From the NCBI RefSeq assembly GCF_000009045.1, contig NC_000964.3, forward strand, positions 2,430,001-2,462,000: DNA of 32,000 nt, read 5' to 3'. A program made the position numbers and the translations under genes. The stretch's first letter is position 1, and each line of letters begins with the position of its first letter. This DNA is from Bacillus subtilis subsp. subtilis str. 168. GTDB lineage: Bacteria > Bacillota > Bacilli > Bacillales > Bacillaceae. Below are positions 19,841 through 29,325 of this stretch, piece by piece. The notes beneath the pieces are model-generated. The model worked only from the letters and a program-made list of their open reading frames with translations, made no database searches and had not been told where the DNA came from.

Positions 19841-20290
19841 CTATTCAGTTTCTTTTCCGTTACAGCGGTGGCAAATGCCGTGAAACGTCAATCTATGATC
19901 TTTAATCTTAAATTTCCAATCACGTTCAATGATTTCTTCCACGTCTTCAAGCAAATCTTCTTCAATTTCATCAACGGCTCCGCACTCCATGCACACCAAG
20001 TGGTGATGAAAGTGAGCTGCGCCCTCTTTCCGAAGGTCGTAACGGGACACACCGTCTCCAAAGTTAATTTTATCTACGACTTTTAATTCAGTTAATAATT
20101 CAAGCGTACGGTATACTGTAGCGAGACCGATCTCAGGAGATTTCTCTTTTACGAGGAGGTATACATCTTCTGCGCTTAAATGGTCTTCTTCGTTTTCAAG
20201 CAGCACTCTTACTGTCGCTTCACGCTGTGGCGTAAGTTTATAGCTGGATGAGTGCAGTTGTTTCTTAATACGATCAATACGGTTTTCCAT
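19841..20290 (-). CDS. fur: Ferric uptake regulator Fur (149 aa)
   Basis: RVLLENEEDHLSAEDVYLLVKEKSPEIGLATVYRTLELL, HFHHHLVCMECG, GICHRC; internal start MENRIDRIKK. Confidence 0.96.
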   Translation of the reverse strand: MENRIDRIKKQLHSSSYKLTPQREATVRVLLENEEDHLSAEDVYLLVKEKSPEIGLATVYRTLELLTELKVVDKINFGDGVSRYDLRKEGAAHFHHHLVCMECGAVDEIEEDLLEDVEEIIERDWKFKIKDHRLTFHGICHRCNGKETE

Positions 20291-20351
20291 GTCTTTCCCT
20301 CCTACGCCGCATTCCATGACTCATTATAACAAAATACGCGCAGAGTTCCAA

Positions 20352-20366
20352 CTATAATTATTATAA
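20352..20366. promoter_or_regulatory. PerR box upstream of fur
   Basis: CTATAATTATTATAA, one mismatch to the Per box TTATAATnATTATAA, 62 nt upstream of the fur start. Confidence 0.8.
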
Positions 20367-20402
20367 ACTGATAAATAAAATGGTTTTCTTTTAATAATGA
20401 TT

Positions 20403-21047
20403 TTAAAAAAGTCTAGATGTAAGCTTTTCCATTAAAACAGGAGATAAGTATGCTTCAAAGAGAGATGAAATCAGCGCTAAAAACAGAATGACCAGCAGCA
20501 CAAAGGCATACCGCCCGAACCATTGAATCGGCGCGTCATGCAGGCTTCGTTTCACGAACAGCTGTCTGATTAACTTTAAAGAAAACGCAATTGCACATGT
20601 GCCCATAATGAGATAAGCCGGAATCAGCAGCACATTTTGCGGCAAAACGGAGACAAATGATAGGAAAAACCCGCTTACTCCCATCTGATTGACTAGGAAC
20701 CCGACAGTAAAGCCGACGACGATCCCTTTCAGAAAGATCATAATGAAAATAATCGGCATCCCAATGACGGAAATTCCCAGTATCCACATCAGGCCTAAAT
20801 ACTTTGCATTATGAAAGATACTTTGCCCAAACATATCAGCTGAACTTGCCTGTTTTCCATCCGAAAGCTGTCCAAAAAATTGACTTAAGTAGTAGTATAA
20901 ATCTTCTTTCTGGCTGATGGTCATACTGTTGACAATAATCGCGCCAAAGATGACACCCATGAAAAACAGCACTGACACAAATATATAAAGAGAGAGATGA
21001 TCTTTGACATGCCTGAGAAACATGTCCTTATAAGAGATTTTTCGCAT
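20403..21047 (-). CDS. spoIIM: Stage II sporulation protein M
   Basis: 214 aa; multi-TM SpoIIM family, [12 protein letters not shown]. Confidence 0.95.
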
Positions 21048-21147
21048 ACCGTTTCCTCCCGCCCGCTCTAGTGATTTGATTTAATAGATTGTATGAAAGA
21101 AACAGAAAAACATGCCCTTTTTCAAAAAGAAACAATAGAGATGAATG

Positions 21148-21363
21148 CTAGGCGGCTTTTTGGGGCACAAAAAAATCCTTATCATCAACTGCTGTATGAT
21201 CATAAGGATTCTTATGCTTCCGTTTATTCAAAATCTCTTTTTTGCTTTTTGTCATTCTTCCATGTGTGCTGAAAGATGGTGTGCTGCCTCTTGATAATAA
21301 GACGTCACGTCCGCCGTTTCTCAATCGATGCCCCCGCTTCTTTTTCGCTTGGCTTTTTGCCAT
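21148..21363 (-). CDS. yqkK: Small basic protein YqkK
   Basis: 71 aa Lys/Arg-rich ORF between spoIIM and mleA. Confidence 0.8.
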   Translation of the reverse strand: MAKSQAKKKRGHRLRNGGRDVLLSRGSTPSFSTHGRMTKSKKEILNKRKHKNPYDHTAVDDKDFFVPQKAA

Positions 21364-21420
21364 GTGATCACTCCCTTTTTTATTTTCATAGTAATGATAA
21401 CAAAATTGAACAATGATAAG

Positions 21421-21454
21421 AAAAAAACAGCACCTGCTACGACAGGTGCTGTTT
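21421..21454 (-). terminator. Intrinsic terminator after mleA
   Basis: Minus AACAGCACCTGtcgtaGCAGGTGCTGTTTTTTT. Confidence 0.88.
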
Positions 21455-21462
21455 AGCTACAT

Positions 21463-22782
21463 TTATTTCACTGCTGTAAGAGCTGCATGCTCGACAGCTG
21501 CTGCTACCGCATGATGGACTTTTGAATCAAGCGGCTGAGGGACAACATCACCTTGTTTAGTGCAAGCTGCGATGGCCTCTGCTGCTGCGACAAGCATATC
21601 ATGATTAATCTCCGTGCTTTTTGCGTTAAGCGCTCCTCTAAAAATCCCTGGAAAACCGAGTACATTATTAACAGAACGCCCGTCAGCTGCATATGCGGCG
21701 CCAGCCTGCAGTGCGGCCTCCGGCTCAATTTCCGGCTTCGGATTCGATAAAGCCAGAATCACTTGACCAGAACGTACAAATGCCGGTTTTATTAAACCCG
21801 GAACGCCCGTTGTAGCAATGACAATATCACATGTTTCCATAAGCTCCTCAATACTGGAAACTGCCTGTCCGCCGTATTGTTCGAGACGGTTCATTGCTGA
21901 CTCTGATTTGTCTGTTCCGTATACAGCATTCACACCATAAGCCATGAACATCCGGCAGATGGCCACGCCTGCTGCGCCAAGGCCGATTTGCCCCACTTTC
22001 GCTTCCTTCAGGTCAACCCCCGCACTCCTGCATGCCGAAATGGCAGCTGCCAGCGTCACTACAGCTGTACCATGCTGGTCATCGTGCATAACAGGGATGT
22101 TCAGCTCCTCTTTTAGGCGATCCTCGATTTCAAAACAATGCGGCGAACCGATATCCTCAAGAAGGATGCCGCTAAAGCCCGGAGAAATATGTTTTACTGT
22201 TTTGATGATTTCTTCAGGATCACTCGTATCAAGCAGTATCGGAATGCCGCTAATACCCGCCAGCTGATCAAATAAAGCAGCCTTTCCTTCCATGACAGGC
22301 ATGCCAGCCACAGAGCCGATATTCCCAAGGCCTAAAATTGCGGTTCCATCCGTTACAATTGCAACAGAATTGCTGATCGTTGTATAAATAGAAGCTTTTT
22401 CAGGTTCTTTTTCGATCAGTCGGCACACGTCCGCAACACCTGGTGTGTAGACACGTCCCAGCTCTGCCAGTGAACGGATCGGCATTTTGCTTTTCATTTG
22501 GATTTTTCCGCCTTCATGTGCGGACAGGACTTCATCAGATACGGTGTGAAGCCTGATCCCTTCTCCGAGGGCCTGTACAGCCGCGATCACTTCCTGAAGC
22601 TGTTCTTCATTCTCCACTTGAACGGTAATATTCCGCATTGTGTAATTGGGTCCGACTTTTACCGTCTCCACTTCACCAATATCCCCGCCCAGAAGGCCGA
22701 TGGCCGTAGCCACCCTTCCAAGATTTCCGGGAACCGAAGGCGTTTCGATCATCAGTGTCCGAATCATGTGTTTCGCTATCAT
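21463..22782 (-). CDS. mleA: NAD-dependent malic enzyme (malolactic-type) with N-terminal ACT domain
   Basis: 439 aa; ETPSVPGNLGRVATAIGLLGGDIGEVE ACT domain; YTPGVADVC, MPVMEGKAALFDQLAG, DDQHGTA malic enzyme motifs. Confidence 0.93.
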   Translation of the reverse strand: MIAKHMIRTLMIETPSVPGNLGRVATAIGLLGGDIGEVETVKVGPNYTMRNITVQVENEEQLQEVIAAVQALGEGIRLHTVSDEVLSAHEGGKIQMKSKMPIRSLAELGRVYTPGVADVCRLIEKEPEKASIYTTISNSVAIVTDGTAILGLGNIGSVAGMPVMEGKAALFDQLAGISGIPILLDTSDPEEIIKTVKHISPGFSGILLEDIGSPHCFEIEDRLKEELNIPVMHDDQHGTAVVTLAAAISACRSAGVDLKEAKVGQIGLGAAGVAICRMFMAYGVNAVYGTDKSESAMNRLEQYGGQAVSSIEELMETCDIVIATTGVPGLIKPAFVRSGQVILALSNPKPEIEPEAALQAGAAYAADGRSVNNVLGFPGIFRGALNAKSTEINHDMLVAAAEAIAACTKQGDVVPQPLDSKVHHAVAAAVEHAALTAVK

Positions 22783-22799
22783 TCAGTGATCCTCCCCTA

Positions 22800-24206
22800 T
22801 TAGCCTAGTTTTTCGGCTTTAACTGTATTGTTTTTCGTATACCATATAAATTTTCCTGTATAACCATAGATAATTGCAAGACCTATTGCTACAAAACTGA
22901 GCCACATAAACGGCAGATAAGAGAAGGTAGAAACACCTAAAATACCAGCCATGTAAATCCCATTATCAGACCAAGGAACCATCCCCGAAGTCAATGTTCC
23001 CCCGACCTCTGAGTTACGTGATAACACTCTTCTGTCCAGATGTAAGCGATCATAGCTGTCTTCCATAATTTTCGGAGTCAAAATAAGAGATACATACATC
23101 GCACAGCCGAAGATGTTTGCTAAAAACGCTACGATCAGTGTAGACAATGTGACATTGCCGGCTGAAGTTAATTTCTTTTCAAACGTTGAAACAATGACTT
23201 TTAACACGCCGAGTTTCTCAAGCAGACCGCCAAAACCAAGGCCAAAGATGATGACGACGAGAGAATCAAGCATACCGACAATTCCACCGCGGTTTAACAA
23301 GCCGTTCAAAAATTCAACATCCGTTTTAATAGAGAAGCCGTTGTACGCAGTTGCAATCGCATGGGCAATATCCATTCCTTGGAAAACAACAGCCCAGATT
23401 GCACCGAGTAAAGCGCCAATTACGATAACTGGCATAGATGGCTTTTTCATCGCCAATAAGACTATGACGAGAACTGCCGGGATCAGCATCCAAATATGAA
23501 TGTCAAACGTGTTTTGCAAAGATGATTTTAAGAATTCAACTTTATCAAGATCAATATTTTTCCCGCCGTACATAAATCCAACAACTGTAAAGAGTATAGC
23601 TGTAATGACATAAGCAGGTATTGATAAATAAAGCATTGCTCTCACGTGAGCCAATACATCGACTTTTGATAGTGAAGAAGCTAGAACTGTACTGTCAGAC
23701 AGCGGAGACAGCTTGTCCCCAAAATAAGCACCTGAAAGAATAGCTCCCGCTACTAGAGGAAGCGGAATGCCTAACCCCTCTCCAATTGCGATCATGGCAA
23801 TGCCGGCAGTTCCGACTGTTCCCCATGACGTTCCTGTTGCCACAGACATAATGGAACAAATAATTAACGTTGCCAGTAAAAAGATACTTGGGTGAATAAA
23901 TTCCAGTCCGTAATAAATCAAAGTCGGCACAACGCCTCCGGCAATCCATGTTCCGATGAGCGCCCCAACTGAAACGAGAATCAGTACGGCTTCAAGGCCA
24001 TTTGATATCCCATGTACAATCGCATTTTGTAAATCTTTATAAGAATAACCGAGTCTAATACCTAAAAGCATTGCAATAAACCATGAAACAAAAAGCGCCA
24101 GCTGTATCGGCAAGTCGAGAAAGACTGTAAACGATAGAACAAGTGCTAAAAATACTCCTAGTACAATAATAATTTCAAATAGTGTTGGCAATCTTACATC
24201 CTTCAA
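22800..24206 (-). CDS. mleN: NhaC-family Na+/H+-malate/lactate antiporter MleN
   Basis: 468 aa NhaC-type transporter: SVATGTSWGTVGTAGIA, SGAYFGDKLSPLSDST; adjacent to mleA. Confidence 0.93.
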   Translation of the reverse strand: MKDVRLPTLFEIIIVLGVFLALVLSFTVFLDLPIQLALFVSWFIAMLLGIRLGYSYKDLQNAIVHGISNGLEAVLILVSVGALIGTWIAGGVVPTLIYYGLEFIHPSIFLLATLIICSIMSVATGTSWGTVGTAGIAMIAIGEGLGIPLPLVAGAILSGAYFGDKLSPLSDSTVLASSLSKVDVLAHVRAMLYLSIPAYVITAILFTVVGFMYGGKNIDLDKVEFLKSSLQNTFDIHIWMLIPAVLVIVLLAMKKPSMPVIVIGALLGAIWAVVFQGMDIAHAIATAYNGFSIKTDVEFLNGLLNRGGIVGMLDSLVVIIFGLGFGGLLEKLGVLKVIVSTFEKKLTSAGNVTLSTLIVAFLANIFGCAMYVSLILTPKIMEDSYDRLHLDRRVLSRNSEVGGTLTSGMVPWSDNGIYMAGILGVSTFSYLPFMWLSFVAIGLAIIYGYTGKFIWYTKNNTVKAEKLG

Positions 24207-24292
24207 AAGAAGTCCCCCTTCATGTAAAAGCTAAAACGCTTTCAATATATAGTGCAACACGTATACTATACTTCCTCATCCCTATGTTGTAA

Positions 24293-24332
24293 ACAGCTTA
24301 TTCATCCGACTATTCGGAGATGAATAAGCTGT
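24293..24332. repeat. Long imperfect inverted repeat between mleN and ansB
   Basis: ACAGCTTATTCATC-cgactattcgga-GATGAATAAGCTGT: 14-bp perfect arms. Confidence 0.85.
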
Positions 24333-24346
24333 ATTTTATACAAATT

Positions 24347-25774
24347 TTATTTTTCTAATAGTTCTTTCCCTGCGATACCTGGTTTGGTCATCTCATATGG
24401 GTTTAAAATAATATCCAATTCTTCTTCAGTCAGCACATCATGCTGCAGACAAAGATCCCGGACAGATTGCCCTGTCATAATTGCTTCCCTGGCAATTCTA
24501 GCTGCCGCTTCATACCCAAGATGCGGATTGACAGCTGTGATCACGCCTGCGCTTTTTTCTACGTATTGCTTCATACGCTTTTCGTTGGCTTCAATGCCTT
24601 TTAAGCAGTTGTCAGTGAACGAACGGAAGCCGTTGTTCATGATGCTGATGGATTGAAGCAAATTAAAGACAAGCACGGGCTCCATGACGTTCAACTCAAG
24701 CTGGCCGGCTTCTGAAGCAAGGCAGATTGTATTGTCATTTCCGATAACCTGGAACGCAATTTGGTTGATCAGCTCCGCCATAACCGGATTGACTTTCCCC
24801 GGCATAATAGATGAACCCGGCTGACGTGCAGGCAGAGAAATTTCCGCAAGTCCGGCGCGCGGTCCCGACGCCATTAAGCGCAGGTCGTTTGCGATCTTCG
24901 ACATGTTCATCATGCAGACTTTTAATGAAGCTGATACCTCTGTATAGGCATCTGTATTTTGTGTCGCATCAACAAGATGATCAGCGCCGACAAGAGGAAG
25001 CCCGCTAATATCAGCAAGGTGCTTTACTACCTGTTTGATATATTCAGGATCAGCGTTCAGCCCTGTACCAACAGCAGTTGCGCCCATGTTGACTTCATAC
25101 AGGTGCTGGCGCGATTGCTTGATTCGTTTGATATCACGCTCGAGAACACGGCTGTAAGCTTCGAATTCCTGGCCAAGACGGATCGGAACCGCATCTTGAA
25201 GGTGTGTCCGGCCCATTTTAATAACAGAGTCAAACTCCTGTGCTTTTTGCTTAAACACACTATGCATATCTTCCATTGTTTTCAGCAGTTTTTCTAAGAG
25301 CTTCAATGTGGAAATATGGATAGCAGTCGGGAACACATCGTTCGTAGACTGTGACATGTTCACATGTGTGTTTGGACTTAAATGGATATAATCTCCCTTT
25401 TTATGTCCCATGATTTCAAGCGCCCGGTTTCCGATAACCTCATTCGCGTTCATGTTCATAGAAGTTCCGGCACCGCCCTGAATCGGATCGACGATAAACT
25501 GATCGTGCCACTTGCCTTCCAGAATCTCGTCAGCGGCTTGTACGATAGCTTGGCCAATTCCTTCATACAGCCGTTTCACGTCCATGTTGGCAAGAGCCGC
25601 AGCTTTTTTCACAATCGCCAGTGCGTTAATCATTTCCTCATGGATTTTGTATCCTGTGATCGGAAAATTTTCAGAAGCACGGAGCGTCTGAATTCCGTAA
25701 TAAACATCTGCTTCAATTTGTTTTTCCCCAAGGAAGTCTTTTTCCACGCGATATTCTTTTTGGCCGTTTAACAT
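24347..25774 (-). CDS. ansB: L-aspartate ammonia-lyase (aspartase)
   Basis: 475 aa; fumarase/aspartase signature GSSIMPGKVNP, TVGMGRTHLQDAVP-type motif. Confidence 0.95.
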   Translation of the reverse strand: MLNGQKEYRVEKDFLGEKQIEADVYYGIQTLRASENFPITGYKIHEEMINALAIVKKAAALANMDVKRLYEGIGQAIVQAADEILEGKWHDQFIVDPIQGGAGTSMNMNANEVIGNRALEIMGHKKGDYIHLSPNTHVNMSQSTNDVFPTAIHISTLKLLEKLLKTMEDMHSVFKQKAQEFDSVIKMGRTHLQDAVPIRLGQEFEAYSRVLERDIKRIKQSRQHLYEVNMGATAVGTGLNADPEYIKQVVKHLADISGLPLVGADHLVDATQNTDAYTEVSASLKVCMMNMSKIANDLRLMASGPRAGLAEISLPARQPGSSIMPGKVNPVMAELINQIAFQVIGNDNTICLASEAGQLELNVMEPVLVFNLLQSISIMNNGFRSFTDNCLKGIEANEKRMKQYVEKSAGVITAVNPHLGYEAAARIAREAIMTGQSVRDLCLQHDVLTEEELDIILNPYEMTKPGIAGKELLEK

Positions 25775-25818
25775 AATCTTTAACCTTCTTTCTCTTTGCT
25801 GGTTATCGTTTTTACATT

Positions 25819-26808
25819 TTACAGGACAACGTCATCAGCTATCGGCGTTTCCATAATTCTCTTGACGACAGGAAGATCCGAAGACTGACCTAGCGCCCAC
25901 ATCAATTTTGGCACAATTGCTTCTGTGTTCATATTTCTTGATCGGATAATTAAGTCTTGGTTGACTCTGCGGCCAACCTCGTAAATGCTCATGTCTTCGC
26001 CTTCTTCAAGACATTGAGTCGTAATGACGACGACAATGCCGCTTTCGATCAGTTCATTCACTTTTGACAAAATGTCTCTGCCTTCAAACGGCACTCCTCC
26101 GCTGCCATAACTCTCAATGACAATTCCTTTGTACATGCTTTTCAGGGCATCAAACATTTCGGGCTTTAAGCCTGGATGCAGCTTCAGCAGACATACATCT
26201 GTGCATAGTGAAGTGTCAACTGTGAAGGTGTCGTTCTCAGGTTCCGTTACTTGTTTGTTGTATTCGATCCCGTCTTCATTGATAAAAGCGATATATGGGT
26301 AATTGATGCTTTCAAATGCGTCGTAGCTTTTCGTTCTTAATTTGATCGCACGCGTTCCCTGAATGACTCTGCCGTCAAACACAACATAAACGCCGCCCAC
26401 GCCTTCACAGGCAAATCGAATGGCATCTGTAATATTTTTTTTGGCATCGGTTTTTTGGAACGTGATCGGAATCTGCGAGCCGGTGATGACAATCGGCTTT
26501 TTGGCATGCTGCAGCATATACGATAGTGCGGCAGATGTATAGGCCATTGTATCTGTACCGTGAGTAATAACAAACCCGTCATAGGCATCATAATTTTCCT
26601 TAACGGCTTCTGCTATTTCCACCCAGTATTCAGGCTGCATATTGGTGCTGTCTATATTCATAAGCGACTGAGTTTCCATTGTGTAATCGTTATCAAGTTT
26701 TGATACGTAACTTAATAATTCATCAGCCTTGACTCCGGGAGCCAGCCCATTTTCCCCTTCAACTGAAGCAATCGTTCCCCCAGTTGTCAACATCAATAAT
26801 TTTTTCAT
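25819..26808 (-). CDS. ansA: L-asparaginase
   Basis: [31 protein letters not shown]; 329 aa from the internal start of ORF 25819..26868. Confidence 0.95.
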
Positions 26809-26868
26809 ACCATGCACCTCTTCACTGTATCTAAAGATGGGTTGCGAGAAGGTATTCGCTTTTCGCAT

Positions 26869-26968
26869 ACTTTTAATGCAATTATAGACACGGAAAATAA
26901 AATACGCAAGACATTATTATTCAATTCGCGTACACTTCCTAATACCTATATGATATAATCAGCTCAAG
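26869..26968. promoter_or_regulatory. Divergent ansR / ansAB control region with candidate AnsR operators
   Basis: Near-palindromic GTATTCGCTTTTCGCATAC (about 26850-26870) and related ATACGCAAG...TTCGCGTAC motifs between divergent genes. Confidence 0.45.
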
Positions 26969-26989
26969 GTGAAAAAGGAGCGGAAGTTC

Positions 26990-27340
26990 ATGAATCTAGA
27001 TCGTTTAACTGAATTGAGAAAAAAGAAAAATTGGTCGCTTCAATATACAGCTGACCTTCTCGGTATCGCAAAAAGCACATATGCCGGCTACGAGTCAGGC
27101 TACCGACGGCCTTCACTTGAAGCGCTTGCCATGCTGGCTGACCTCTTTGACACAACCTGCGATGAACTTTTAGGCCGCGAGAAACAAAAGCAGACTGCTC
27201 CTCAGGCCATAGAATTGGCCACGTGGAGCAGCCTCGACTTTACCATTTCTGTTGATGGCCAGCCGCTGAGTGAAGATGAAATCATCCAGCTGATTACCTT
27301 TATACGCACAAAAAGAAAAGTACAGGAGGAACTGAGTTAA
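26990..27340 (+). CDS. ansR: HTH-type repressor of the ans operon AnsR (116 aa)
   Basis: Xre-type HTH LTELRKKKNWSLQYTADLLGIAKSTYAGYESGYRRPS; divergent from ansAB. Confidence 0.93.
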   Translation: MNLDRLTELRKKKNWSLQYTADLLGIAKSTYAGYESGYRRPSLEALAMLADLFDTTCDELLGREKQKQTAPQAIELATWSSLDFTISVDGQPLSEDEIIQLITFIRTKRKVQEELS

Positions 27341-27348
27341 TCTTTAGC

Positions 27349-28512
27349 TCACGGTTTAATTTTACCGTAGGTTCCTCCTCCTCCGGCTTTCAATTCCAGT
27401 TTTCCGGATCTCGCTTTTACGATAAGCGCCGCGGTTTTCGGCGGGACAACGCGAGCCAAATCTTCTTCTGCAGCCTCATGAAGAACAGCCATTTCTGTTC
27501 CGAAGGCTTTTTTTAGTTTGTCCAGCGTTTTCGGGCCTACACCCGGAACAAATTGCAGCGGGATCTGATGTACATATCGCGGACGCGGGACGCGAACTTC
27601 AAGCTGATCACTCAATTCACGCAATCTATCGCTGACTCCCTTGGTAAATCTGGCTTTTCCGCAATTCGCGCACGCTGTTTCCCCGCTTACAGCAGGCTCT
27701 CCGCACGCTTCGCAAGCCGTCTGATAATATTTCCCCAATAACGGGTCCAAGCCATAATTTGCGATAATTTTCCTGTCATCTTGTCCCTTTAATGCAAGAG
27801 CAAATTCAGTAAAATCAGCTGACTGCACATATAATTCATTATATTCTCTGCCGATTTTCCCCAACGAATGCGCATCAGAATTTGTTAAAAAAGGATACGG
27901 ATTCAATTGCGATACGTGTGATGCCATGTCTGTATCACAGCTTAATCCAAGCTCCACCGCGTCTATCATAGATGGATCAAAAACCTCAGTTAAGCTTGAT
28001 TTAACCCCTTTTCCATATAAGCTTTTATGCGGCGTAAAGATATGGGCGGGGATAAACAGGCCGCCCATATCCTGCACTTTTTTTTGCAGGTTTAAGCCCG
28101 TTTCATAAATCCGCTGCGAGCTTAAATGAATATTTTTCAGCCGGGCTGACAGCCAGTTTGAAAACTGTTTCATATCAGCCAGCGTCGGCATAAATACGAG
28201 CACATGGATCGGTCCGCTGCAGGCTTCATCATAAATCTCCAGCTCGCTCCCCAATAAAAGAGTCGTGCTGCGATAACGGATTCCTCCCCCGTCAAGCTCG
28301 CGATATTTTCCAGATGAAATGCCTTCCTCAAGCTCTAGAATGACTTCCGGAGAATGACAGTCGATAATGCCGAGGAGTTCAATTCCTTTATGTTCACTGG
28401 CTTCAACCAAAATTCTGTCCAGCGTTAATGTTTTGGCGCCTGTTATTTTGACAGCCCTTCCTGTAAAGGTCCGGCCGATATGAATGTGCAAATCCGCGTA
28501 AATCTTTTTCAT
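27349..28512 (-). CDS. yqxK: PHP-domain / zinc-binding / helix-hairpin-helix protein YqxK
   Basis: 387 aa; YADLHIHIGR, NSEAHSLG-like (TNSDAHSLG) PHP motifs, CEACG...CANCG zinc motif, FVPGVGPKTLDKL HhH. Confidence 0.9.
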   Translation of the reverse strand: MKKIYADLHIHIGRTFTGRAVKITGAKTLTLDRILVEASEHKGIELLGIIDCHSPEVILELEEGISSGKYRELDGGGIRYRSTTLLLGSELEIYDEACSGPIHVLVFMPTLADMKQFSNWLSARLKNIHLSSQRIYETGLNLQKKVQDMGGLFIPAHIFTPHKSLYGKGVKSSLTEVFDPSMIDAVELGLSCDTDMASHVSQLNPYPFLTNSDAHSLGKIGREYNELYVQSADFTEFALALKGQDDRKIIANYGLDPLLGKYYQTACEACGEPAVSGETACANCGKARFTKGVSDRLRELSDQLEVRVPRPRYVHQIPLQFVPGVGPKTLDKLKKAFGTEMAVLHEAAEEDLARVVPPKTAALIVKARSGKLELKAGGGGTYGKIKP

Positions 28513-29066
28513 TTTTGTGCTTGGAGCGCTTCTTTCAGCTGAAGATACTGAATCGCGTAGGCTGTTTTAGCATCATATACTTCACGCGATTCAACCAGCT
28601 TTAGCGCATCTTCAAGCGTCACCTCCATCACTTCAACAAACTCGTCCTCATCAAGCTCCCGTTTTTCTTCAAGCACAGAAAGCTCCTCAGCAAGAAAAAC
28701 GTGAACGATTTCATCTGCAAATCCGGGTGATGTATAAAACGCAGTTATTTTTGTCAGTTTTTTTGCTGTATAACCGGTTTCCTCTTCAAGTTCCCGAAGT
28801 GCCGTATACTCCGGCTCCTCACCTTTTTCAAGCTTACCGGCCGGAATTTCAACGATCGTCCGCTCAAGCGGCTTACGGAATTGTTTGACCATGATGATTT
28901 TCCCTTCATCTGTGACGGCTAGTACCGCTACAGCTCCAGGGTGTTTCACAATTTCACGTTTACTGGCTTTGCCGTTTGGCAGCTCTACATCCTCGACATA
29001 AAGATCAATGACTTTACCCGAAAAAATCTGTTCTTTGGCAATTGTTTTTTCTTCTAATGATTTCAT
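28509..29066 (-). CDS. nudF: ADP-ribose pyrophosphatase (Nudix hydrolase), 185 aa
   Basis: Nudix box GKLEKGEEPEYTALRELEEETGY; start taken at MKSLEEKTIAKEQIF. Confidence 0.94.
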   Translation of the reverse strand: MKSLEEKTIAKEQIFSGKVIDLYVEDVELPNGKASKREIVKHPGAVAVLAVTDEGKIIMVKQFRKPLERTIVEIPAGKLEKGEEPEYTALRELEEETGYTAKKLTKITAFYTSPGFADEIVHVFLAEELSVLEEKRELDEDEFVEVMEVTLEDALKLVESREVYDAKTAYAIQYLQLKEALQAQK

Positions 29067-29140
29067 TTCTTCATCTCCCGTTCTGTCTCTATATGATGCC
29101 CCATACATTTTATCATACTAGAGCAAAAGGGGGCTTCTTC

Positions 29141-29263
29141 GTGAAAGTGCACCGCATGCCAAAAGGTGTTGTCTTAGTCGGAAAAGCATGGGAAATTCGA
29201 GCGAAGTTAAAAGAGTATGGACGCACATTTCAATATGTGAAAGATTGGATCTCAAAGCCATAA
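29141..29263 (+). CDS. mciZ: MciZ, mother-cell inhibitor of FtsZ, 40 aa (GTG start)
   Basis: Translation M(V)KVHRMPKGVVLVGKAWEIRAKLKEYGRTFQYVKDWISKP matches the known 40-residue MciZ peptide; preceded by AGGGGG RBS-like sequence. Confidence 0.95.
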   Translation: MKVHRMPKGVVLVGKAWEIRAKLKEYGRTFQYVKDWISKP

Positions 29264-29325
29264 AAGTTGAAACTTTAGCTCCTTTATATTACGGTCAATA
29301 CAAAGCCTAAAAAAGGAGTGTGCAC

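Noticed and set aside
23695-23949. Minus 84-aa ORF inside mleN in another frame
   Set aside because: Nested out-of-frame ORF within a clear transporter gene
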